From the NCBI GenBank assembly GCA_023379055.1, contig JAMCSX010000009.1:10625-74624 (forward strand): DNA of 64,000 nucleotides, written 5' to 3'. The stretch comes from Candidatus Marsarchaeota archaeon. GTDB taxonomy: Archaea > Micrarchaeota > Micrarchaeia > Micrarchaeales > CABMGC01. The position numbers and the translations under genes are program-made. This document shows positions 7,690-16,873 of the stretch, in pieces. Below the pieces are notes generated by a model. That model ran no database searches, had not been told where the DNA came from, and worked only from the letters and a program-made list of their open reading frames with translations. Every line of letters begins with the position of its first letter. Position 1 is the stretch's first letter.

Positions 7690-8301
7690 TTGGGATTCAT
7701 ACCTGCAGCTCCAGATAACGAAGCTATACGGCAGACTAGAGATCACAGTAAGCGACAGGTTGAACTGGTAGAAGATCTCAGCAAGTCATCTAAAAATCTA
7801 GAGAAGCTTACTAAGGTACTTATCGTATTCACTGCTGCACTTATAGTATTCGGCTCGTTGGGCGCGATGACGGAGCTAAGTCAATATCCTGCTTTCATCA
7901 GTTGGTTCTTACTTATCATTATAATAGTAGCGGTTGTTGTGGTGTATGCTGTCTTTCCTGGAAGCATATGGAGACTCATTACTGCAGGATATCTATTACT
8001 CAGATATAGGAAGGTAAGAGCTATGCATGCCACCAATACAACCACAGGCGAAGTTAGCATCAGCGTAACCGCCACGGTAGCTGCACATAACCTTAATCCT
8101 TTTACTGCAGAGGACTATAAAGCCGCTATTTCTCTATTCATTATTAGCATCACGTTCCTGTGGCTCTCCTATCAACTCCAGACAATATTTCCATCCACAG
8201 CAGGTAATGTGATTGGTGATCTTGTAATATCCATGTGGATACTCTTGGGAGGCAGTATTATTATTTTAATAGTCATGGTGTATCGCACACTCAGAGGTTA
8301 G
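7690..8301 (+). CDS. Membrane protein, unknown function (TTG start in track)
   Basis: 203 aa with four long hydrophobic segments. The start codon is uncertain. Confidence 0.4.
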   Translation: MGFIPAAPDNEAIRQTRDHSKRQVELVEDLSKSSKNLEKLTKVLIVFTAALIVFGSLGAMTELSQYPAFISWFLLIIIIVAVVVVYAVFPGSIWRLITAGYLLLRYRKVRAMHATNTTTGEVSISVTATVAAHNLNPFTAEDYKAAISLFIISITFLWLSYQLQTIFPSTAGNVIGDLVISMWILLGGSIIILIVMVYRTLRG

Positions 8302-8438
8302 ACACCATTACAACATATTCCTTCATTCTTCACACTTCGTAGTATATTGTTAAGCTAGCTGGGCATCCTATCTTTCCTGTCCGATGTGGCTACTAACAAA
8401 GGAAGGATAAGCAAATATTATGGATAAATCTGCGCTAT

Positions 8439-11420
8439 TTAGCTTTGCATATAATCCGCAGTTTCAGATATGTTAGAATACATAGTTATTGTAGCAGGGT
8501 TTGATGGCCCTGTATAGCTTCCATTCCCTGAGCCTGTCCAGCCTGTGAATGTACCTTTACCAAATCCTGAAACTGCATTTATATTTACATGATAACCTGG
8601 AAAGAAGCTGTAACTCCCAGAACTCGGAGAAGTACAAAATGGCCATGGCAATCCGCCGCAGGCCGATCCATTTATTGTTAAATAATAACTTTTAACTGGT
8701 ACGAAGTGGGCAGTTTCTATACTACTAGCCCCAGATATATTTGTTGATTGTAACATCCCCGTATAGCTTGAGCCCGTCCATCCGTTAAATTTCCATCCAG
8801 GATATGGAACCGCCGATATTGTTACGGGATCACCTTGTGTCATCATCATAGGGCAAGTATTCTGTTCGCCGCTCCATCCAGTAGTAGTGGCGTTTGAGGT
8901 AAAGCACGCAGGGAACCCGTTTACATAAAGCGCATATTTATCGTATATTTCTGCATATCCCCCAATTAAAGATTGATTTATATTTGTTACATAAGGCGTG
9001 ACATTTACTATCATCATTACTTGTGGCGGACTATAGCTCCAATAAGCAGTCTCTGTTATATCACTATTCATAGTTATAGTTGCGTTTGGCGAGCTTCCAG
9101 AATAACCACCGCCATAATTTGACCCCCATCCACCAAACTCACATCCAGACGCTGGATACGTCTGGGTTGGTGTAGCAGATATATGCACTATGCTTCCAGC
9201 CCTGTATGTGCCATTGCCAGACTGCGAGACACTGCCACAATTATCTGGACTTACTATTTTTTCATTTAAAGTATAATAAATGGGAGCAAAGTTCTCTGTT
9301 TCTGTTATATTATTATTCATAGTGAGATTAAATTCTCCTGAATTTCCAGAGTAGCATCCAGTACCACTACAAGACCAGCTAGTAAATTGCCATCCTGATG
9401 GTATATTAACTACAGAAATGTTAACACTTGCATTATTCGAGTATTTGGTTGTGTTCGGCAATTCTTGTACCAAATGCATGTTGTGTTGGTATCGGATTAC
9501 ACTTTGTGCACCTATGCTTGAAGGGTTTGAAGTTATAGTTAATGAACGATTCAATGGCGCAGGTGGGGGAGTTGCCCAGCCAGCGATTTCTGTAATATTG
9601 CTATTAATCGTTATAGTTGCATTCGGTGAGCTTCCAGAATAGCCATTGCCATCATTGCACACAACGCCCATTTCTCCAGTAGTTGGTGCATCTCCAAAAA
9701 AACAAAGCCAGCCTCCGAATACTTCTCTGTTAGGTGGCCTAGCGGATATTAATACTCTGCTCCCAGCTAGATATGTGCCATTGCCAGACTGCGAGACATT
9801 ACCACTATTGTTCATACTCTTTACATATAAAGAGTAATATACGGGTTTTACTGGTTGTGTTGTCGTTGTTGATTTAGTTGTACTTGTGGTGGTTGATGTT
9901 GAAGTCGAAGTAGTTGAAGAAATTACCTGATATTCTACGGTTTCAGTTATATTCCCTTTCATATCTATAGTTACATTAGGATTAGTGCTGTTTTTACTTC
10001 CTAATCCAGATCCAACCCATCTGGAAAAGTAGTATTCTACGCCTGTTTGTGGTAAGTTGCAAGATAAAGGTGCCGATAAATTCACTAGTGAATTTGCTTG
10101 TTCTGAATAATTATTACCAGGCTGCGGATTAGGATAACAGTAAACAAAAGTACCTATATTTGTTTGTTGACTCAAATTCGGAGTTCTGATTATATTAAGA
10201 GTATAATATTTTATTTGTGGCATTGTAGTTGTGCTTGTTGTAATTACTGTGGATGTTGTGGACGTTGAGGTTGAAGATGATGTGATTTGACCAGGCGGAT
10301 TGCCCGTATAATCAACAACTACTTCTAGTTGTCCAGTATAAGATTGATTTGGAGTTTTAAAATTGAGATCAAGACCATATGTTGTCATATAACCATTTGG
10401 CGGGGATATTGAAAATCCCTCCCCTACTGGTGTGAATCCTGGTGTTTTGTACACTACTCTCGAAACAGTTTCGTTTGGAAACAACGCAGTACCCATAGAG
10501 GCATTCTCATTGGGCCTTAGATTATTGATATTTCCAATACCAAATGAACTATTTAAATCGGTATTGATATTATGCATGATTAATATTGTACTAGTTATAT
10601 TAACTTCTGGGAGGGGCCCAGTAAAGCAGGCATGAGAACCAGGGTCTTCGCTTCCATAAACATACCCGTACTCGAATGGACAGTTACTTGGACAAATTGT
10701 ATTATTTAGATAAAAATACGTCTGATTAGCATTTGAACATTGAACGATTTTTACGGTAGATGGCTGTAACCATTTATAATTAGCAGTTGCGTCTATATTA
10801 CCAAAAACGTTGAGTTTTATTATAGTGCTATTGTTTGTAATTTCTAACTCTGAATTACTATAATTTTTATAAATCCAGCGCCCATTACTATAGGTACCAT
10901 TAACGTTAGTTTCAGAAATAGACCATCCTACAAATGTATAATTTTCAAAGTTTTGACATTCGGTTGAAGCTAAAAGCTCTACAACCGCTCCGCGAGGATT
11001 TGAATAATTTCCAATAAGTGTTATGGGACAAACATAACCATTTGGATTAGACGTGCTAGGATTTGTTTGGACCGATAAGTGATAATTCTGTTTAGGCGCG
11101 GTTGTGCTATTTTTATTGAATGATGAATTTAATATTACTTGTGGGGTTGTTATATTAGGAGTTATTGTAGTAGTTATTGTAGTTTGTGGGGTTTTATTTG
11201 TTGTGGTTATTGGGATAGTTGTAGTTGCAGGCGCAAAAGAGCTGAATATGTGACTAATAACGTTAGTAATATCTTGCCAAATAGATCCAAATATAGAAAA
11301 GCTATAAGACTGGGAATTGCCAATTGAATGAAAAGAAGTGTTAGAAGCACCTACTACAGGTATCGACATGAATAGGGCAAGCATAAACACTAGAGCTAAA
11401 CCTAGCTTTAATAGATACAT
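8439..11420 (-). CDS. Large secreted, probably glycosylated surface protein with seven repeat modules (InlB B-repeat-like pattern)
   Basis: Signal/anchor MYLLKLGLALVFMLALFMSIPVVGA. Thr/Ser linkers at aa 65-92, 380-399 and 500-521. Modules end in F-x-G/S-W...G-x-Y-S/T-G-x-S-N-P-A-T-I-T-M-x-S-N-I-T-E-T-A-x-Y/W. Many N-x-S/T sequons. Confidence 0.8.
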   Translation of the reverse strand: MYLLKLGLALVFMLALFMSIPVVGASNTSFHSIGNSQSYSFSIFGSIWQDITNVISHIFSSFAPATTTIPITTTNKTPQTTITTTITPNITTPQVILNSSFNKNSTTAPKQNYHLSVQTNPSTSNPNGYVCPITLIGNYSNPRGAVVELLASTECQNFENYTFVGWSISETNVNGTYSNGRWIYKNYSNSELEITNNSTIIKLNVFGNIDATANYKWLQPSTVKIVQCSNANQTYFYLNNTICPSNCPFEYGYVYGSEDPGSHACFTGPLPEVNITSTILIMHNINTDLNSSFGIGNINNLRPNENASMGTALFPNETVSRVVYKTPGFTPVGEGFSISPPNGYMTTYGLDLNFKTPNQSYTGQLEVVVDYTGNPPGQITSSSTSTSTTSTVITTSTTTMPQIKYYTLNIIRTPNLSQQTNIGTFVYCYPNPQPGNNYSEQANSLVNLSAPLSCNLPQTGVEYYFSRWVGSGLGSKNSTNPNVTIDMKGNITETVEYQVISSTTSTSTSTTTSTTKSTTTTQPVKPVYYSLYVKSMNNSGNVSQSGNGTYLAGSRVLISARPPNREVFGGWLCFFGDAPTTGEMGVVCNDGNGYSGSSPNATITINSNITEIAGWATPPPAPLNRSLTITSNPSSIGAQSVIRYQHNMHLVQELPNTTKYSNNASVNISVVNIPSGWQFTSWSCSGTGCYSGNSGEFNLTMNNNITETENFAPIYYTLNEKIVSPDNCGSVSQSGNGTYRAGSIVHISATPTQTYPASGCEFGGWGSNYGGGYSGSSPNATITMNSDITETAYWSYSPPQVMMIVNVTPYVTNINQSLIGGYAEIYDKYALYVNGFPACFTSNATTTGWSGEQNTCPMMMTQGDPVTISAVPYPGWKFNGWTGSSYTGMLQSTNISGASSIETAHFVPVKSYYLTINGSACGGLPWPFCTSPSSGSYSFFPGYHVNINAVSGFGKGTFTGWTGSGNGSYTGPSNPATITMYSNISETADYMQS

Positions 11421-11499
11421 TCCATCAATATCCTATTAAAGTTTAGATATAAATAGTTTGACTATATAATGTATTGTACAATACGTATAATGTGACCAC

Positions 11500-11742
11500 A
11501 TGTCCAAAACACTTAGAGGAGAAGAGATAGACAAATTGATATTAAGATTAGACAAATTGATATTAAGATATATCGCCAGCATACCTTTCTCTGCAACAAC
11601 AGAAATGGTTGCCAAAGAGCTAAAGATAGCTTGGTATACTGCCTCACAGCACTTGATTAAGCTTGAAAGAGAAGGCAAGATAAAGTATTTCAGAATAGGC
11701 CGCCAAAACCAATACATTTTAGCTTCGAGATTAAAGACCTAG
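11500..11742 (+). CDS. Small winged-helix DNA-binding protein
   Basis: 80 aa. TTEMVAKELKIAWYTASQHLIKLEREGKIKYFRIGRQNQY resembles an HTH plus wing. Contains an in-frame 21-bp tandem duplication. Confidence 0.5.
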   Translation: MSKTLRGEEIDKLILRLDKLILRYIASIPFSATTEMVAKELKIAWYTASQHLIKLEREGKIKYFRIGRQNQYILASRLKT

Positions 11743-11768
11743 AAGCCATAACCAAAATACATGTAATC

Positions 11769-11807
11769 GCTCGCCCGTCGGCGCCTTACGGCGCCAGGAC
11801 GGCTCGC
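11769..11807. terminator. GC-rich imperfect hairpin between convergent genes
   Basis: CGTC-GGCGCC-TTAC-GGCGCC-AG-GACG core with imperfect outer pairing, in an otherwise AT-rich spacer. Confidence 0.3.
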
Positions 11808-11823
11808 TCAATAGTGTCTTTTC

Positions 11824-13008
11824 TTATTTGTTCGCATCAAGCAGCAATGCCCTGCTCACTTCATCCAGAACCTTCGGGTCTTTGAGCGCCTCTATCATAA
11901 GCTCCTTCATGCTCTTGACGTTCTTCTCCTTATCCATCGCAGTCTTTATATCCAGAGCCGAACCGCAGCGTGTGCAGTATATCGCATCTATGCCGTTGAC
12001 CATCTTACAGGTAGGGCATTCACGCACTTTCAGCTTTACTTCTCTCTCAGAATCATGCGGTTTCAGGCCGTTGGCCACTAGGGTTGCATTGTCTATGTCC
12101 CTACCGCTTAGATGCACATATGTTGCAGCCATGCTGCTGGCTCCAGTCCAACCAAAGACAGCCTTTAATTGCTGTTCTGTTAACTTGTTTGCATAATTAG
12201 AAGCCCTGCTGTGCCTGAACAGGTGGGGGTATATGCGCTTCTCTATGCCTGCCGCATCTGCAACCTCCTTGAGCATCTTCCTTAGCCCGCCATAATCCAG
12301 CTGGCCTTTGATGTTGCTCTGCTTGAGATTCCACCATAAAGACTGACTAGGCTTCAAATCATTTACAAGGTTGAGGTATTGGGCAAGAAAAGGCACGCTG
12401 AAGAATATCGGTATCCTGCGCATTCCAGTCTTTCCATTTACTACTATGTGGTTTGATTGGCCGCTGCCCAATTCAACATCCTTCTTTCTTATTGTGAGAA
12501 GCTCGCCGACCCTTATCCCAGCGTCAAACAAGAGTGCTATTATGGCCTTATCCCTGAGGTTGTTCGCTGCGCCTATCATCTTTTGTATATCTTCCTCACT
12601 TAATATGTCCTCTGGCAGAATCTTCTCAGTCCTTTTTATAGATGTCTTCAGCCAGCGTACTGATTTAGGGTAGAATTCCCCGTCTCCAAAGCTTTGCTTG
12701 TAGAATGACTTTATCGTTACGTTTATGCTGCGCCTTACTTCGTTGGATAGGTCTAGTCCGTTCAGCTTCGCAATGGCCTTTTCTACATCTTCTCTGGTGG
12801 CATTTTTCAATACTACATGCTTGTCCATAGCCGCTAGGAACTTCTCCAAGCCATATAGGTGCTTTATTATGGTCTTGATGTTCAGCCTCTGCGCCTTTGA
12901 TCTGGCCACGTAACCGTGTATGGCATCTTTGTTCTCCTGCAAGATATAGTTATCTGCATCTATGCGCCCGATTAGCCTGTCATAGTCCTTCTCGAAGTCC
13001 CTTGCCAT
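11824..13008 (-). CDS. Tyrosine recombinase/integrase, full length, with C-terminal zinc ribbon
   Basis: Box I AGIRVGEL, HLFRHSRAS (HxxR), catalytic Tyr in AATYVHLSG, CPTCK..CTRCG tail. The start is 75 nt from the tRNA-Ala 3' end. TATA CTTTATATAG upstream. Confidence 0.85.
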   Translation of the reverse strand: MARDFEKDYDRLIGRIDADNYILQENKDAIHGYVARSKAQRLNIKTIIKHLYGLEKFLAAMDKHVVLKNATREDVEKAIAKLNGLDLSNEVRRSINVTIKSFYKQSFGDGEFYPKSVRWLKTSIKRTEKILPEDILSEEDIQKMIGAANNLRDKAIIALLFDAGIRVGELLTIRKKDVELGSGQSNHIVVNGKTGMRRIPIFFSVPFLAQYLNLVNDLKPSQSLWWNLKQSNIKGQLDYGGLRKMLKEVADAAGIEKRIYPHLFRHSRASNYANKLTEQQLKAVFGWTGASSMAATYVHLSGRDIDNATLVANGLKPHDSEREVKLKVRECPTCKMVNGIDAIYCTRCGSALDIKTAMDKEKNVKSMKELMIEALKDPKVLDEVSRALLLDANK

Positions 13009-13081
13009 GAATAGATATAGGTAGGAGACTATATAAAGCTTTATGTGAGTAAGTCATACCCTACTTCCTCGTAAAGCGAAA

Positions 13082-13094
13082 ATGGACTCGGCGG
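13082..13094 (+). repeat. 13-nt direct repeat ATGGACTCGGCGG (tRNA-Ala 3' end; candidate att core)
   Basis: Identical to 4276-4288. Confidence 0.4.
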
Positions 13095-13186
13095 GAGTCG
13101 CACCCGCGGCCTCATCGTCTTTCGATAAAGCCTTTTTTTTAAAAGCTTCTTGCGAACGATGCGCGCTACTACTGCGCTACGAGCCC
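13083..13186 (-). tRNA. tRNA-Ala (anticodon CGC) with 32-nt intron at 37/38
   Basis: GGGCTCG/CGAGTCC acceptor with G3-U70. Anticodon arm CATCG-TTCGCA[intron 13150-13119]A-CGATG. T arm GCGGG-TGCGACT-CCCGC. Discriminator A. Confidence 0.85.
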
Positions 13187-13210
13187 GTACTGAATCTGTG
13201 GCAATTTACC

Positions 13211-13220
13211 TTATTTATAT
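13211..13220. promoter_or_regulatory. Shared TATA box (TTATTTATAT) for divergent tRNA-Ala and cca
   Basis: Lies 25-34 nt from the tRNA 5' end and 22-31 nt from the cca ATG, implying a leaderless cca mRNA. Confidence 0.4.
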
Positions 13221-13241
13221 CTTGCGCCACTTAAACCTTAC

Positions 13242-14615
13242 ATGGACAAGTCCCGCGATGCTGCCGCGAAGGCGATATTTGACAGGGTGCTGAAGGACAT
13301 TAAACCCAACACAGAGGAGATAAAGGACCTGAGGCACAGGATCAACAGGCTAATAGGGGTGCTTAAAAGTGCAGTCCCCAAGAATGTTGAAATCCGTGTC
13401 GCCGGATCTATGGCACGCGGAACTAACCTGAAAGGTGATGCAGACATAGATATATTCCTGCTGTTCAACAGTGGCATCAGCAAGGACCGTCTCGTGAAGA
13501 TGGGGCTTGAATACGGGAAGAAGGCAGCCAAGATCTCTGGCGGCAGGTATGAGATAAAATATGCGGAGCACCCGTACATACGCTTATATGCGGACAATGA
13601 TGCATTAAAGGCGGATCTGGTGCCCGCATCAAAGATAGATGATCCTGAGGATATGGCAACAGCCGTTGACCGCACTCCGCTCCACACAGAATTTATAAAT
13701 TCACATTTCAATGACAGACAAAGAGACGAGGTAAGGCTACTCAAGTACCTGCTGAAGGCGCACAAGATATATGGCGCAGAGATAAGGACTGGCGGATTCT
13801 CTGGATACATGTGCGAGCTGTTGGTGTACCATTACGGTTCCCTTATCAATGCACTCGATGCAGCTGCGAGGTTCAGCATGCCCCTGGCGCTTGATCCCGC
13901 ATCGAGAAAGGAGATAACCTCCCCCGAAGTCACAAAACGCTTCAGTTCGGATTTTATCGTAATAGACCCGGTGGACAAAAACAGGAATGCGGCAGCAGGG
14001 GTATCCAAGGAGTCGATAAGCCGCCTTCTCATATTAGCAAAGCAGTTTACGGACAGACCAAGAATCGGGCAGTTCTACGGAAGGGGCTTTTCGTCCACAA
14101 AGGTTTCAGTACTGCTCTCGAAGTTTGCGAAGGATTCGGGACTGGACACATTCGTAATAGAATCTTCATTCCCTGACAAGAGTGAGGACATAATATTTCC
14201 GCAGCTAAGGAAGGTTGGACGGCTGATTGAAGATTATCTGGTAAAGAATGGTTTTGTGGTGTACCTTAGCATGCAGGTAATAAAAGGAAGGAGTGGGGCC
14301 CTGGTATTCCTTGCGCCACCGCAGACCCTTGTGTCAAGGATGCTGAAAGGACCTGACGTATTCGTGAAGAATGCATCCCAGCAGTTCATGTCTAGGCACA
14401 AAGACGCACTGGGCTTTACTGTAACAGATTCTACGATATATGCGCTACAGCGGTCAGATCGCCCAACTATCGAGGCCGCGTTGCGCGGCATTCCCAGGCA
14501 CATGCTGGTGCACAAGGACATAGATCTCAGGAAGGCCAATGTGCTCAAGAACAGCGTACCGGAAGGGTTGAGATTCGAATTGTACGCGGAGCTTCTAAAG
14601 AAGACGACCATATAA
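13242..14615 (+). CDS. cca: CCA-adding enzyme (archaeal class I tRNA nucleotidyltransferase)
   Basis: GSMARGTNLKGDADIDIFLLF nucleotidyltransferase signature. 457 aa, typical archaeal length and layout. Confidence 0.9.
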   Translation: MDKSRDAAAKAIFDRVLKDIKPNTEEIKDLRHRINRLIGVLKSAVPKNVEIRVAGSMARGTNLKGDADIDIFLLFNSGISKDRLVKMGLEYGKKAAKISGGRYEIKYAEHPYIRLYADNDALKADLVPASKIDDPEDMATAVDRTPLHTEFINSHFNDRQRDEVRLLKYLLKAHKIYGAEIRTGGFSGYMCELLVYHYGSLINALDAAARFSMPLALDPASRKEITSPEVTKRFSSDFIVIDPVDKNRNAAAGVSKESISRLLILAKQFTDRPRIGQFYGRGFSSTKVSVLLSKFAKDSGLDTFVIESSFPDKSEDIIFPQLRKVGRLIEDYLVKNGFVVYLSMQVIKGRSGALVFLAPPQTLVSRMLKGPDVFVKNASQQFMSRHKDALGFTVTDSTIYALQRSDRPTIEAALRGIPRHMLVHKDIDLRKANVLKNSVPEGLRFELYAELLKKTTI

Positions 14616-14622
14616 ACAGGAA

Positions 14623-15168
14623 TCAGAGCAGGTCAAGCACGCCGTTCAGTTCACCGAGCATCTCTATGTCGTTGGCTTTTATCTTCTTCCCCCTGGCAAT
14701 ATCCACAACCTTCCGAAGCGCACTGCTGCCTGCCTCTATCTCGTATACTGTGCCATAGTTCCTGGAAGCGTTCACTCCGCAGTAATCTATTGCCTCGGAG
14801 ACTATGTTGTCCTCAATTTTCTGCCTGCCGTATTTTCTCTTTTTCAGTCTCTTCAGGAGGGCGGCAGGATGCTCTCTCATAACAACTGCAACAGCATGCA
14901 TTATCCTCATGTCGCAAAGGAGATGCCCCTCAATTATAACGTAATCTGCCGTGCTATGATTTGCCATCCTGTTTAGCTCGGATTCGAGCCCCCCCAGCCT
15001 CACTATCAGCGCGCCGTCTTTTGAGCTGGAGATATAGAGCTTCCTCTCTTTTACAACGTCATTTGCTCTTATGAGCTCCGCTTTTTTCAGGGTCTTTGCA
15101 AGCCTTTCAGAGATAGTGGTCTTTCCGACGCCAGGCGTCCCAGTTATTACTATTATCCTCTTCGTCAT
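14623..15168 (-). CDS. P-loop kinase, Fap7/adenylate kinase 6-like
   Basis: IIVITGTPGVGKTTISERLAK Walker A at the N-terminus; 181 aa. Confidence 0.55.
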   Translation of the reverse strand: MTKRIIVITGTPGVGKTTISERLAKTLKKAELIRANDVVKERKLYISSSKDGALIVRLGGLESELNRMANHSTADYVIIEGHLLCDMRIMHAVAVVMREHPAALLKRLKKRKYGRQKIEDNIVSEAIDYCGVNASRNYGTVYEIEAGSSALRKVVDIARGKKIKANDIEMLGELNGVLDLL

Positions 15169-15950
15169 GGGCTCGGATCCTGTTTTGCTGGCTTCTTATG
15201 CACAAATATGTCAGCTATGTCATCGATGAGGCCGCTTATCTCATCACGTGCATTGTCTATGGATACGAGTATGCTTTGCGGAGGCTTTACCGAGATTATG
15301 TGACCTTTGCTTCCAGAGAAGAACCATGAACCTATGTTGTATTTTTTATACGTTGAAGATATGTTTGCCACGTAATTTGATGAGTTTATGAACTTCATTA
15401 TCAGTGCCTCAAGCCCGTTATTGTAGCTGTTTACATAGATTACCTCGGGGCTGGTAAGGCTTAGATCCATGTCGGCAGGCCTTATATAGGGTACCTTTGC
15501 TATTGCTGCCCTGCTCGACAGCAACTGCTCTATCTTATTGTACAGCGCATCTGCATCTGTAAGCTCCCTTGTAAATTCCCCCTGCTCGAGGGACAGTCCT
15601 GCAACAAGATCATCAAAGTACTTATCTGCCTCTGCGCGCATGTTCTTTATCTTGGTTGATATGTCTTTTAGGTCTGCATACTCCGCTGGACTGGAAAGCA
15701 GCTTTTTCAGCCTAACGCCAAATTTATCTCCGATAGCGTTGTCGAGGTCTGTGACAAACGGATCTATCTCATCGCTCCAAGGCGCATTTTCTGCCATAAA
15801 ATCAACTAAATATGCACAGGGGTACTTAAAAAGTTTGCCATGCAAACGAGGCTTTCGGATAGCACCGAATCCATGCCACAAGAAACCTGTGTCCATTAGA
15901 CTATTTATAAATTGTCCCGCTAATAACACAGTGGTAGCATGGAACTGCAT
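15165..15950 (-). CDS. Hypothetical protein
   Basis: 261-aa ORF overlapping the downstream kinase gene by 4 nt. No motif recognised; the start is uncertain. Confidence 0.4.
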   Translation of the reverse strand: MQFHATTVLLAGQFINSLMDTGFLWHGFGAIRKPRLHGKLFKYPCAYLVDFMAENAPWSDEIDPFVTDLDNAIGDKFGVRLKKLLSSPAEYADLKDISTKIKNMRAEADKYFDDLVAGLSLEQGEFTRELTDADALYNKIEQLLSSRAAIAKVPYIRPADMDLSLTSPEVIYVNSYNNGLEALIMKFINSSNYVANISSTYKKYNIGSWFFSGSKGHIISVKPPQSILVSIDNARDEISGLIDDIADIFVHKKPAKQDPSP

Positions 15951-16865
15951 CTGGACAGAAATGGCCTTGACTTTGCTTACAAATACCCGTTCTCAAATGA
16001 GGCAAGGGCCATAATAGCGACTGCAAACTCCATGGAAGACAGACTCGTAAATGCCGGAAGATTGCGGGTAGAGGAAGACATTAATGGCAAGCCAATAGTA
16101 TTCCACAATACGATGATGCAGGACGTTAAGCGCATGCATGTTCTCAGCTACGTATATTCCAGGATGATAATAAGTGCCATGGCGAACAAACTCCACCTCG
16201 ATAAATATGTACTATCGGAGGCCAGGCGCGCCAGGATGGCACTTGAATATGAAACCCTCCCAAATATGCTGAAGCTCACGAGCGAGCTGGGAATGGAACT
16301 TGGATATTCCGAGGAGCGATTCGTGATAAAATTCGCAACGTTTCTTTTGCTGTCCTCGGATTCTAGAAGCCTTCCGTTAGTTGACCAAGAGCTCGCCAGA
16401 GGTATGGTATACCTTAAGAAGGAGAATGCACTTTCACTCATGGAGAGCGCAATTGCAAAGGAGATACGCAAGAACCTTCCAATCCCCCCGAAGGAGCTTC
16501 CTGACAGGATAATAGAAGAATCAATGCGGGTTAGGCTTCCAAAGCTGGACCCAAAGGTTGAGATACGGGAAGGGAGCTACAGATGGATAGAAAAGGTACT
16601 CTCCAACCCTATTGCGGACGTTAGACACAGAACGGTTAATCTAATACTTGCCCCATATCTTACAAACATAAAGGGCATGGACGAGGACGCTGCCGCGTCC
16701 ATAATACTTGAATACATAGAGAGATGTAAGCAGATAAATCCGGACACGAAGGTCAATTCGTCGTACATAAAATACCAGTGCAAGTATGCTAAGTCAAAGG
16801 GAATGAAACCCCTGTCCCTGGAAAAAGCCAGGAATCTTTTTATCGGAGTGCTTGAACTCGATTAG
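15939..16865 (+). CDS. priL: DNA primase large subunit PriL-like
   Basis: N-terminal KYPFSNEA motif and C-terminal WIEKVLSNPIADVRHRTVNLILAPYLTNIKGM resemble archaeal PriL. Only 2 Cys in the C-terminal region. Confidence 0.5.
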   Translation: MELHLDRNGLDFAYKYPFSNEARAIIATANSMEDRLVNAGRLRVEEDINGKPIVFHNTMMQDVKRMHVLSYVYSRMIISAMANKLHLDKYVLSEARRARMALEYETLPNMLKLTSELGMELGYSEERFVIKFATFLLLSSDSRSLPLVDQELARGMVYLKKENALSLMESAIAKEIRKNLPIPPKELPDRIIEESMRVRLPKLDPKVEIREGSYRWIEKVLSNPIADVRHRTVNLILAPYLTNIKGMDEDAAASIILEYIERCKQINPDTKVNSSYIKYQCKYAKSKGMKPLSLEKARNLFIGVLELD

Positions 16866-16873
16866 ATGATATC

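Noticed and set aside
11824-13081. The idea that the intact integrase is an SSV-type gene split by, or reading through, the att core at the tRNA-Ala end.
   Set aside because: An in-frame TGA lies between the att core and the ATG at 13008, and a TATA box sits in the 75-nt spacer. The gene is complete and separate from the att core.
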